In this document: positions 48,301 to 55,685 of the stretch, in pieces
How positions within the stretch are numbered: position 1 is the first letter of the stretch
How the letters are laid out: the number at the start of each line of letters is the position of its first letter
Source: Lentisphaeria bacterium
Lineage (GTDB): Bacteria; Verrucomicrobiota; Lentisphaeria; Victivallales; Victivallaceae
Length of the DNA: 64,000 bases
Direction of reading: 5' to 3'
NCBI GenBank assembly: GCA_017450705.1
Contig: JAFSTC010000092.1
Location: 1,676-65,675 of the forward strand
Position numbers and translations under genes: made by a program
Notes under the pieces: model-generated
The model's input: the letters and a program-made list of their open reading frames with translations, nothing else
The model's database searches: none
Told to the model about the DNA's origin: nothing

Positions 48301-49289
48301 GGCGTTCGGGGAGCGAAGACAAACTTTACGGCAGCATCCTCTACGGCTATTACGACGACATGATCGAGGTCTGCAAGACCCCGGACTACTGTGATTTTTA
48401 TCTCTGGCGCTTCGACCGCTCCCGCAAACAGAGTCCCGTCGTGGACGGCATTTATCTGGATCTCATGTTCTGGCCCGCCTGCACCCGGGCCGATCACGGG
48501 CACGGTTACACGGGCGCGGACGGGAAGCGTCGTCCCACGTGGGCGGTCAGGGAGCATCGCCGCTGGCTGGAACGCATCTATGTCTACTGTCACGAACAGG
48601 GGAAGGGCGCTCCCGTCATAACGCACATGTCCGGGGCCACCTCCCGGGTCGCGGGCTTCAGCTTCGCCGACTACTATACCGACGGGGAGCTGTGGAGCGA
48701 CGTCCTCGTGAAACGGCGCTCCTACAGGGACATGAAGCTGGACCAGCTCCGCGCGGAGATCCTGCCCTCCATCTACGGGCCCGGCCTGATCTGGATAAGC
48801 CAGCTTTACCGCATCCCCGCTTTCGTCCCGGTCACCCAGCGCAAAAACTGGCGGATCGAGCCCTTTGCCGAGCGTCATATGGCGGGGATGCTCCTTCTGC
48901 ACGAGGTCGTGCCGGACCGTTCTTCGCAGTTCGACGTGGCGTGGAGCGTCTGGAAGGCCCTCGACCGCTTCGGTTTTGCCGAAAGCGACGTCATGCTGCC
49001 CTACTGGAAAAAGAACACCGGGATCGGGGGAGACGCCGACGGCGAGACCCTTGCCGTGACAGGGTATCTGAAAGGAAAGGAAAAAGTCCTGCTGGTCGTG
49101 TTCAACAACCGGGACGTGCCGGTCTCATTCGAAATCGCCCTGGACACGGACAAGCTTTTCGGCAGGAAAGGAAAGATCCGGGTCGCCGATCTGGAGCGCG
49201 CCGCGGAACTGCACAGGGGCGCGCCGGATTTCTCCGTCAGCGTCCCGCTGCGGGATTTCGTCCTTCTCGAAGCGGAACCGCTTCCGTGA
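45303..49289 (+). CDS. Secreted 1328-aa multidomain protein: jelly-roll (LamG-like) + CBM9-like + large DUF6067/GH123-like glycoside-hydrolase-type region
   Basis: Signal-like N-terminus NRRFLPAGMLLLFSGLLVPVCTG. The CBM9-like segment is APVIDGAVSREEWSSAAAVSGF...NLYFAVV...DDNFELHIDP...HFQLTVNSAG...WTFEARIPFSAL. The distal region (LPWTGCRLGITDGVPAPWVPL...VRCWNRTYTF; ...GIYLDLMFWPACTRADHGHGY) resembles DUF6067/GH123-type proteins by eye. Confidence 0.75.
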   Translation: MNRRFLPAGMLLLFSGLLVPVCTGEDKLVFSCDFSDKFRPQTCVQPCDIFPKDAKIVDVPGGKALRVGKDKDGRLSRVTWQIKKTVPTATLPDPERPFPMRFGRLEFQFRPVDWRLGDPPFNMMLIMRGPRQTRLHITYTRPGGTGLPSIQASYGQNGNRKIGKGQLPSLFPYIDLDGAREWHDVRFEWTPAMLKLTVDGHEKILSARDLAAPEGDFYATGLILGGETAKELRGLTDIRNVKIFSTRPKAEKAGRTHFPEVSVPPVKAPVIDGAVSREEWSSAAAVSGFKSLPRGIFAGHQPVVHIGYDEKNLYFAVVSSGHDAPPRARHTSHDANIWEDDNFELHIDPAPETPDHFQLTVNSAGIVFDQHIRPGRGFDECRRWDCRDLETASRFDGGTWTFEARIPFSALGAAAPRPGDRWLFNVCQTLPGSGLYSLAAVQNNYREHDRLGILTFRSADAPRVKLAGFGDLTRGNADLSFGAPGVRNGKTEVTAMRFDETAGVEFPLFSETGPLRPGVSRVFSADSGKLGKTGTLYVNLFEGRDRIYAGRFRYEISDEAEIEFLRRIVRDGKNFLLVQSVQAVPPGGSLLFEITDKAKKIVFRHKVPAAKDRCETLIPLSDLAEGDYMIGLHLLDRQGATLKTAAARPFTVFGPKLPWTGCRLGITDGVPAPWVPLQASEEKGTVTVRCWNRTYTFGSRSLFAEGIRSGGTEYLTEPVRLLVSAGKPLSVSGISAKLISADKRTAVVEMTGEIPGLGAVRTTASVEYDGFIWYDLELRAGTPGKLHMLAVELKMPGSASTLLNSGYRTLVNTGKTPKSWSKKLDDTFGPFWIGNETGGLSFGIESAENWCNRDPGRQAVVTRDGEGARVVLSPVDAGIAIKDRLTWGFYIHPTPVRPRPAVFHTMRCQDWFGHNRELLGKKSYPPNLSYWMTGYHYQGTPAWETDRKRLEKNRKERMLHWRPYFHYDNLTKEKCRSAWYADYSSIGRNSPETIWCGESWRSGSEDKLYGSILYGYYDDMIEVCKTPDYCDFYLWRFDRSRKQSPVVDGIYLDLMFWPACTRADHGHGYTGADGKRRPTWAVREHRRWLERIYVYCHEQGKGAPVITHMSGATSRVAGFSFADYYTDGELWSDVLVKRRSYRDMKLDQLRAEILPSIYGPGLIWISQLYRIPAFVPVTQRKNWRIEPFAERHMAGMLLLHEVVPDRSSQFDVAWSVWKALDRFGFAESDVMLPYWKKNTGIGGDADGETLAVTGYLKGKEKVLLVVFNNRDVPVSFEIALDTDKLFGRKGKIRVADLERAAELHRGAPDFSVSVPLRDFVLLEAEPLP

Positions 49290-49443
49290 GGCTGTATCTC
49301 CCTCGGCATCGGCTTCCCGAAAAAGCCCGCGTTTTGCCTTGACGACCGGAAAAGTGCGGGCTGAATTCTCCCGGGCATCGTGCCCCGGAACAAAAGGAGT
49401 CGTGTTTTGAGAACGAAGCGATTATCGTGCCGGTCCCGTTCCC

Positions 49444-49500
49444 CTTCCCCCGGGCCCCCATCCCTTTTCAAAAAAAGCGGTGTATTTTGAGGAGACGGGA
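49444..49500. repeat. Copy C of the dispersed intergenic repeat
   Basis: CCTTCCCCCGGGCCCCCATCCCTTTTCAAAAAAAGCGGTGTATTTTGAGGAGACGGGA. A partial extra copy of the right end (GTGTTTTGAGAACGA) lies at about 49402-49416. Confidence 0.8.
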
Positions 49501-49519
49501 CGGGGCCGCTTGCCTTTGT

Positions 49520-50449
49520 TTACTTTTTGCGGCGGTATTCCAGAGGGGGGACGCGGTAGCACTTTTTGAAAGCGCGGAAAAAGGGCGGCATCTGCCGGAA
49601 GCCGGAGAGTTCGGCGATCTCGGTGAGGGTGAGTTCGGTATTGAGGAGAAGGTCCGCGGCGTGTTCCAGGCGGAGGTTGCGCAGATAGGTCATGGGAGGC
49701 ATGCCCAGAGCAGCGCGGAAGTGCCGCTGGAGAGTGGCGGGGGACATGGCGGCGAGGCGGCAGAGGTCTTTCATGGTCAGGGCGCGCTGAAAATTCTGCT
49801 GCATGCAGGCGGTAAGTTTGAAAACATCGAGGGGCGGGGACGTTGCCTCTTCGGGGATCCACCATACTTCGCACAGGCGGCCGAGGATGGCGACGAATAT
49901 GCCCATTTTGCAGCAGCGGCTGTCGCTCTTTGCGAGATAATCGAGCAGTGTTTCCAATTCCGCAAAGACCTTTTCGTCGAGATGGGTCATGGGGAAATTT
50001 TCGTTTTCATCGGGAGCGAATTTTTTGAGAAACACCTGTTTGTAAACGGCGGACGAATAAAGTTCCAGCAGGACGGAGGGGAGTCTGGGGGCGTAGAAGA
50101 GCAGATTGAAGATGATCAGATCGTGTACTTCGGTATAGGCATGGTGACCGCCGATGGGGATAAAGAGTACGTCGCCGCGCCGGACGGGAACGGGGGGATT
50201 CTTCCCGGACTGATGCATCCCGCTGCCCGAAATGACGAAAACGCACTCGCTGAATTCGTGTTCGTGGGAACGCGTCACCTCCTGCGGAGCCAGTTTATTG
50301 ACACGCAGGGGAAAAACGGGATCCTTTCTGAAAATCCATTCCGCCGTCTTGTAACTGCCGAGATTTGTCATGATATTCCGCCCCCCCCGCCTATTATAGC
50401 CGTCCGGAGGAAGAATGTCAACGGATCCCGGCATCATTTGAGAAAACAA
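49520..50449 (-). CDS. AraC family transcriptional regulator with cupin sensor (start uncertain: TTG 50449, ATG 50437 or ATG 50371)
   Basis: Cupin segment SHEHEFSECVFVISGSGMH...GDVLFIPIGGHHAY. HTH MKDLCRLAAMSPATLQRHFRAALGMPPMTYLRNLRLEHAADLL...IAELSGFRQMPPFFRAFKKCYRVPPLEYR. Confidence 0.85.
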   Translation of the reverse strand: MFSQMMPGSVDILPPDGYNRRGGRNIMTNLGSYKTAEWIFRKDPVFPLRVNKLAPQEVTRSHEHEFSECVFVISGSGMHQSGKNPPVPVRRGDVLFIPIGGHHAYTEVHDLIIFNLLFYAPRLPSVLLELYSSAVYKQVFLKKFAPDENENFPMTHLDEKVFAELETLLDYLAKSDSRCCKMGIFVAILGRLCEVWWIPEEATSPPLDVFKLTACMQQNFQRALTMKDLCRLAAMSPATLQRHFRAALGMPPMTYLRNLRLEHAADLLLNTELTLTEIAELSGFRQMPPFFRAFKKCYRVPPLEYRRKK

Positions 50450-50496
50450 ATCATCAAAAGAGAAAAAAAGTCATTGCCGGGAGACGTTTCCCGCGG

Positions 50497-51861
50497 TCAG
50501 GAAAGATCGTGCCCCGACGAGAAGGCGGCCGCGTACCATTTGCGCGTTTCCGCCACCGCTTTTTTCTGCAGATCTTCGTCGTGCTCCCAGCCGGAAGCGG
50601 GATGCAGCAGACACTCGCGCAGACATGATCCGTCGTGGCGCGGGAAAAAGTTCTTCAGCAGGAACAGAACGTATCTCACCAGCCGCATGTCTCCGGTCAG
50701 GATCGGCGGTTTCCGATCCTGGACCGGCACCGCGGAACAGCACATCTTTTTTCTCACGGCGTCCAGAATGGCTCCGCGCGTGAGCCGCTCCGCGAAAACG
50801 ACGGTGAAGGGCAGCGGATCGTCCTTGCCGAAATCGTGCCGGTCGGAACCGGAGACGGGGGCCGCGCCGCAGGTGCGGAACATGTTCGAATTCAAAACGC
50901 ACTCTTCTCCGAAACAGCCGTTCACGGTCTCAACCGCGTCGAAACCGCCGTCGGCAAAGAGGATGTCCCGGACCCTGTCCGAGACGGCCAGTCTCGCGGG
51001 CTGGTTCCAGAAGGGATGCGGAAAAATCGCCAGCCCATCGAAAGCCCTGATTTTTTCGAAGGCCCATTCCGAGGAGGCGATGCTCCACCTGTCCGCGGCG
51101 GAAAGGGCCCGGGGCAGGCGCGCGCAGCGCTCGGAAACGTCTTTGTTGAAATTCGGCAGATCGTTGTCCGCCAAGTCGTTGACGCTTTTTGTCCCTCCGG
51201 CGTTCACGAGGTGGACGGGCGTGCGGCCTTTGACCCAGCGGGTCTTGAACCAGGGGATCTCCCCCTCGAATCCGCCGCCCGGGGCGCAGGGCAGATGGAT
51301 CTCTTCTCCGGGCAGGACGAGGACGCCGGTCCCGGTTTCCTTCGCGGTACGCTCCGCCTCCTCCTGACTGCAGTAGCAGCGGTGATCGGTGATCGTCGTG
51401 AAGTCCAGTCCCTGCCGGCGGGAACGCAGCGCGGCAAAAGCCCGGGTCTGCATGCCGTCGGAGTTTTCGCTGTGCGCGTGGAAATCCCCCTTGAAGGGCG
51501 TCAGGGAAAAGAGGTCCTCCTCCGCCGCGAAGACCTGGGCCGACGCCGCCTGGACGCGGCCGCAGAAAAATTCGAAATCGTACTGCCCCTCGTCGGGCAG
51601 TTCGACTTCGAACGTGATGCCGCCGTCGGGACAAGCCGTACAGGCGAGGGGGACGTGTTCCTCCCAGTGCGCGGTCTTCCCGCCGGGGAGACCGCCGTCG
51701 TGTTTCAGGAATCTCAGAGAGGGCTCCTCGAGGGAACCCAGCGGGAGATACCCCCAGAGGCTTCTCCAGAAAAACCGGAGTTTTTTCCCGCAGGGGACGA
51801 TCATCGGCAGCAGGACGGACTTGACGGGCAGCCGGCAGTTGTCCCTGATGAAATTTTCCAT
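50497..51861 (-). CDS. PHP-domain metal-dependent phosphoesterase with roughly 130-aa N-terminal extension
   Basis: GDFHAHSENSDG, TITDH, FPHPFW and SGSDRHDF are PHP His/Asp motifs. The start lies 1 nt after the upstream stop. Confidence 0.8.
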   Translation of the reverse strand: MENFIRDNCRLPVKSVLLPMIVPCGKKLRFFWRSLWGYLPLGSLEEPSLRFLKHDGGLPGGKTAHWEEHVPLACTACPDGGITFEVELPDEGQYDFEFFCGRVQAASAQVFAAEEDLFSLTPFKGDFHAHSENSDGMQTRAFAALRSRRQGLDFTTITDHRCYCSQEEAERTAKETGTGVLVLPGEEIHLPCAPGGGFEGEIPWFKTRWVKGRTPVHLVNAGGTKSVNDLADNDLPNFNKDVSERCARLPRALSAADRWSIASSEWAFEKIRAFDGLAIFPHPFWNQPARLAVSDRVRDILFADGGFDAVETVNGCFGEECVLNSNMFRTCGAAPVSGSDRHDFGKDDPLPFTVVFAERLTRGAILDAVRKKMCCSAVPVQDRKPPILTGDMRLVRYVLFLLKNFFPRHDGSCLRECLLHPASGWEHDEDLQKKAVAETRKWYAAAFSSGHDLS

Positions 51862-51862
51862 G

Positions 51863-52579
51863 TCAAATGCTCCTTTGTGCCGCGCAGCTTGCGACGAAAG
51901 CCGCGAACAATCTGCCGCAGTGCCGGTCCTCCGGCATGCGTTCGGGATGCCACTGCACCCCGACGCGGAAAATGTTTCCTTCGAATTCGACGGCCTCGAT
52001 GACGTCGCCGCTCCACGCGGCGATCCTGATCCCCTCCACGAGGCGGTCGGGATCCAGGGCCTGGTGGTGGAAGCTGTTCAGCCGGATCCCGCCCGCGCCG
52101 AAAATGCCGGCGAGACGGGTGCCCGGTTCGATGGTCCCCCAGTGGTACTGCGGTCCGCCCCGCCTGACGTGGAGGGCCGCCCGTTCTCCCAGGTCGGGAA
52201 TGAGTTTTCCCCCGAAGGCGACGTTGAATTCCTGCATGCCGAGGCAGATCCCCAGGGCGGGGAGGCCGCGGGAAAAGACCTTTTTTACCAGCGTCAAGTG
52301 ATTTTGCGCGACATGGAGATCCAGCGTCGCGCCCGTCGGCTCCCCTCCGCCGTAAAGGGCGGGCGGCAGGTCGGCCCCGCCGATAAACAGCATGCCGTCG
52401 ATCATGTCCAGATAGTGATCCAGCAGTTCCTCCGGCATGAAGGCGGGGATGGCGACGGGCAGTCCCCCCGCGGCGGTCACCGCTTTGTCGTAGGTGCTGG
52501 GATGGATGTACAGGTCTCCTCCCGGCACGTCCCGCGCGATGCGCGTCGTCGTGAGGCCGATGCGGGGCGGGGAGATCAT
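51863..52579 (-). CDS. Class-I glutamine amidotransferase / peptidase C26 (gamma-glutamyl-GABA hydrolase PuuD-like)
   Basis: GICLGMQ is the nucleophile elbow, followed by NSFHHQAL and VGVQWHPE. True start is the ATG at 52579 (MISPPRIG), overlapping the upstream stop (ATGA). The track's longer ORF is an artefact. Confidence 0.85.
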   Translation of the reverse strand: MISPPRIGLTTTRIARDVPGGDLYIHPSTYDKAVTAAGGLPVAIPAFMPEELLDHYLDMIDGMLFIGGADLPPALYGGGEPTGATLDLHVAQNHLTLVKKVFSRGLPALGICLGMQEFNVAFGGKLIPDLGERAALHVRRGGPQYHWGTIEPGTRLAGIFGAGGIRLNSFHHQALDPDRLVEGIRIAAWSGDVIEAVEFEGNIFRVGVQWHPERMPEDRHCGRLFAAFVASCAAQRSI

Positions 52580-54828
52580 TCGAGCGACCTTCCGTTTGCT
52601 TTTTTCCCGAAACGGACGGGGCCGAAGAGACCGCCGGAGAGGGAGTCCTGCTCGTAGCTGCGCTGACTGTCCTCGTAGGGCGAGCGCGGCGGGAAGCAGC
52701 GGCTGACTCTCTCCTCCACCCCGGGGGCGGAAAGCGCGTTGGCCAGCGTGTTGCTGACGGTGATCTTCAGGCGGTTCCTCCCCCGCTTCAGCGCCGGACC
52801 GAGGTTGAAATAAAAGGGGGAGCGGAAGCGGTATCCGAGTTCTCTGCCGTTGAGCGTGACGGAGGCGCAGTAACGGACTTGCCCCAGATCGAGCCAGAGG
52901 GATCTTTCGCAAGTCTCGAACGTCGTGATGTAGCAGGCGTCCCCGCTGAAGCCGGAGGTGAGGAACTTCTCCCACGGGCCGAGTTCCGCGGGCATCGGGT
53001 CCTCCCGGCGGGATTTTACCTCGATGTCGCTCTCCCCGACGAAGTGCCGGCGGAGCACCTGAAGGCGCCAGGCAAGTTCGGCAGGCTCCTCCCAGCGGAA
53101 GACCGGCATTTTCTTTTTTCCCTTCTGGCCGGAGATGAATATCGCCGAACCGCAGGGCTCGAAATGCCAGTCGAAACTCGCCCCTTCGAGGGCATAATCG
53201 CCGCTTCCCCAGGGATCGCGGAAAAGCACAGGCGCCTGATCCAGCGTGAGATTCACGTCAAGAGGAAGCGTTCCCTCGTTCACGCACAGCCAGACCGTCT
53301 TTTTGCCCCATCTGCGGCAGCTGACCCGCAGCTGCGGCGCTTCCGGGCGGCATTTCAGCAGCGGTACGGGGGGGCGGGAGCGGAACTTTTTTACCGTTTC
53401 CAGCGCGGCGGGAGGCATGAAATCGGAAGTGGGGACGATCAGACTTGCGTACGCCATTTTCCCGACGATGAGTTTGCCGTTTTCTATTTTTGCCCGGGCC
53501 AGGGCGTCGTCGTCCACGTAGTCGAAGTCGCATTGCTTCTCCTGCAGACGGGCGGCGGCGTCTTCCCGGCGTTCGGAGGCCCGGGAGCGATAGGGTTCCC
53601 CGGCCCAGAGGGAGCGCTGATCGAAGTAGACGGCCGTGTCCACGACCGGTTTCCCCCGGGTCATGGTGTCGGAGATGCGTCCGCAGTAATCGTGGAAAAC
53701 GGCGCTGTATTTCCACAGCGGGTCCACCGGTCCCAGATGGGGGCGGCAGCCGAAGATGAAGTGCTTTTTGCAAGTCAGAGCGTATTTGCTGAAAACCAGC
53801 AGATTGACGCCGCGCACCTGCATGTAGTCCGCGATGAAGCATCTCTGCTCGGGCGTGAGACCGTTCCCGTAGACGGCGAAAAGCTCCGCCATGGCGTATC
53901 TGCGTCCGGCCTGCCGCGCGACGGAGGAGGCCAGATGGGGGAAGGCCGGATTTTTCTTCCCGGGGAAGATCTGCCGCCAAATGGCGTCGACGCCGGGGAG
54001 ATCCATGCAGCGCAGACTCCGCATGATGTGTCCGTGGCCGTGCTGGGAGCTCAAATGCGGTTCGTCTTCGCCCCCGAAGTGCCCGCCGGCCAGGATGCCG
54101 TGCCTGCGGCACCACGAACGCACCGGCAGGAGGAAACGCTCCGCGAAAAGCAGGGAGAGCAGATCGAAGTAATCGACGGCGACTTGCGGCGGCGCCGTTT
54201 CCCGGATCAGATCCGGGATCCATTTTTCCAGGCTGTAGCCCTTGCGTTTCCCGAAGACCTCTCCCAGATCGGGAGCCCAGGCGATCTGCTGGTCCCTGTA
54301 GCATCCCGGCAGTCTGGGTTCGTCCATGAAAGTGAAGGGGAGCATGCTGCCGAAAAGTTTCGGGAAGAACTTGAAATACCGTTCGTGGGTCAGTTCGAGG
54401 AATTTCTCCGCGACGCCGGGGACGAGCAGATTCGGCAGCGGGGCCCGCCAGTTCGGGCGCTGAGGGTCTGTCCGCTCGCCTTCCGGCGTCATGTATCGGG
54501 GGGCGAACCTTTCGGGATCGCTGGCCCGGACCCTGCCGCCCGCGCCCCCCGACGGCCAGCCGCCCTCGTCGTAAAGACAGCAGACGATCCCCAGTTTCCG
54601 GCATTCGTCAAAAATTATTTTGAACCGTTCGAAATAGGCGTCGGATAGATACTCCGGCTCCATGTCGGACGGCATCTTCTCGGGACGGAACTCCGGAGGC
54701 CAGGGATGCGGACACACATGGGTGACGTTTTGCTTGCGCATTTCCCGCAACTGCGCTTTGAGCACAGCCGGGTCCATTTTCGTATTGAGGTACCAGAAAT
54801 AGTAGGGCCCCGTGATCCTGCCGTTCAT
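52576..54828 (-). CDS. Glycoside-hydrolase-like protein (GH106 / alpha-L-rhamnosidase-type by inference) with C-terminal GH2-type sugar-binding jelly roll
   Basis: N-terminus GPYYFWYLNTKMDPAVLKAQLREMRKQNVTHVC. C-terminus LDLGQVRYCASVTLNGRELGYRFRSPFYFNLGPALKRGRNRLKITVSNTLANAL. Start was set at the ATG at 54828, 16 nt after the upstream stop. Confidence 0.7.
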   Translation of the reverse strand: MNGRITGPYYFWYLNTKMDPAVLKAQLREMRKQNVTHVCPHPWPPEFRPEKMPSDMEPEYLSDAYFERFKIIFDECRKLGIVCCLYDEGGWPSGGAGGRVRASDPERFAPRYMTPEGERTDPQRPNWRAPLPNLLVPGVAEKFLELTHERYFKFFPKLFGSMLPFTFMDEPRLPGCYRDQQIAWAPDLGEVFGKRKGYSLEKWIPDLIRETAPPQVAVDYFDLLSLLFAERFLLPVRSWCRRHGILAGGHFGGEDEPHLSSQHGHGHIMRSLRCMDLPGVDAIWRQIFPGKKNPAFPHLASSVARQAGRRYAMAELFAVYGNGLTPEQRCFIADYMQVRGVNLLVFSKYALTCKKHFIFGCRPHLGPVDPLWKYSAVFHDYCGRISDTMTRGKPVVDTAVYFDQRSLWAGEPYRSRASERREDAAARLQEKQCDFDYVDDDALARAKIENGKLIVGKMAYASLIVPTSDFMPPAALETVKKFRSRPPVPLLKCRPEAPQLRVSCRRWGKKTVWLCVNEGTLPLDVNLTLDQAPVLFRDPWGSGDYALEGASFDWHFEPCGSAIFISGQKGKKKMPVFRWEEPAELAWRLQVLRRHFVGESDIEVKSRREDPMPAELGPWEKFLTSGFSGDACYITTFETCERSLWLDLGQVRYCASVTLNGRELGYRFRSPFYFNLGPALKRGRNRLKITVSNTLANALSAPGVEERVSRCFPPRSPYEDSQRSYEQDSLSGGLFGPVRFGKKANGRSLE

Positions 54829-54844
54829 GCGTCGCCGGCCCCTT

Positions 54845-55636
54845 TCAGAGAGAAAACTCATTGGCGTACCCCTGCCGCAGCAGATCGCGGCTGAGCGTGC
54901 CGTTGAATTCTTTCCACTCCGTCCTCTGGATCTTGCGGGCATGCCCATCCAGATAGGAACCGTTCACGTACTGGCCGTCGAGGCAGTAGTGGACGTTGGC
55001 GCCGTTCAGACGGACCGCGCCGGAACCGTGACGGGTCGCGATCTCGCATCCCAGAGTGGGATTGTTCCCGATCGTGGCGAAGAAGGGGGACGCCCGATTG
55101 ACGGTGTCGAGGATCGTCAGCGCGATTCCGGGTCTCGTGACGCTGCTGGCCTTTCTCGGACGGTAAGTCGTGTTGACCTGATTGTAGCCGCACAACAGGG
55201 CGTTGACCGCGTAATGCCCGTAGGAAAAGAAATCGCCCTTGGAGCTCGAACCGATCGGCTGGGGCTCCGACGGACAGGAGAACAGGGGGTAACTGACCTT
55301 GGCGCTGGCAAAACTCAAAGAGGGATTCGGCATGCCGCAGACGATAGAGGCGACCACGCTGCTCCACGGATGGGTGTTTTCGGAACCGGTCCTCTGATTG
55401 AGACCGGCGATCAGCCAGCCGTCATTGGCGTCGACGTAACTCTGAAACCCCATGATCTGCTGCTTGAGATTGCTGACGCACGAGGAGTCCTTGGCCGCGT
55501 TCCTCGCCTGCCCCAGCGCCGGCATCAGCATCGCGGCCAGTATGGCGATGATGGCGATGACGACCAGCAGTTCGATCAGGGTGAAACGCCGCACCGGTTT
55601 TTTCATGCCGTTTCTTTTCCGTTGGATCCCGTTCAT
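54845..55636 (-). CDS. Prepilin-type N-terminal domain protein (paralogue 5)
   Basis: [46 protein letters not shown] opens the protein. The ATG is preceded by AAGGAG. The C-terminus is ...SYLDGHARK. Confidence 0.88.
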   Translation of the reverse strand: MNGIQRKRNGMKKPVRRFTLIELLVVIAIIAILAAMLMPALGQARNAAKDSSCVSNLKQQIMGFQSYVDANDGWLIAGLNQRTGSENTHPWSSVVASIVCGMPNPSLSFASAKVSYPLFSCPSEPQPIGSSSKGDFFSYGHYAVNALLCGYNQVNTTYRPRKASSVTRPGIALTILDTVNRASPFFATIGNNPTLGCEIATRHGSGAVRLNGANVHYCLDGQYVNGSYLDGHARKIQRTEWKEFNGTLSRDLLRQGYANEFSL

Positions 55637-55685
55637 GTTTTTCTCCTTTCCCGTATTCGGTGCAAATTCCGTGTTTTTTTCGGCG

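Noticed and set aside
9566-55636. Prepilin-like genes as evidence for a type II secretion or type IV pilus gene cluster
   Set aside because: No secretin, GspE/PilB/PilT ATPase, GspF/PilC platform, prepilin peptidase or minor-pilin set lies in the window. The genes are scattered singly in glycan modules.
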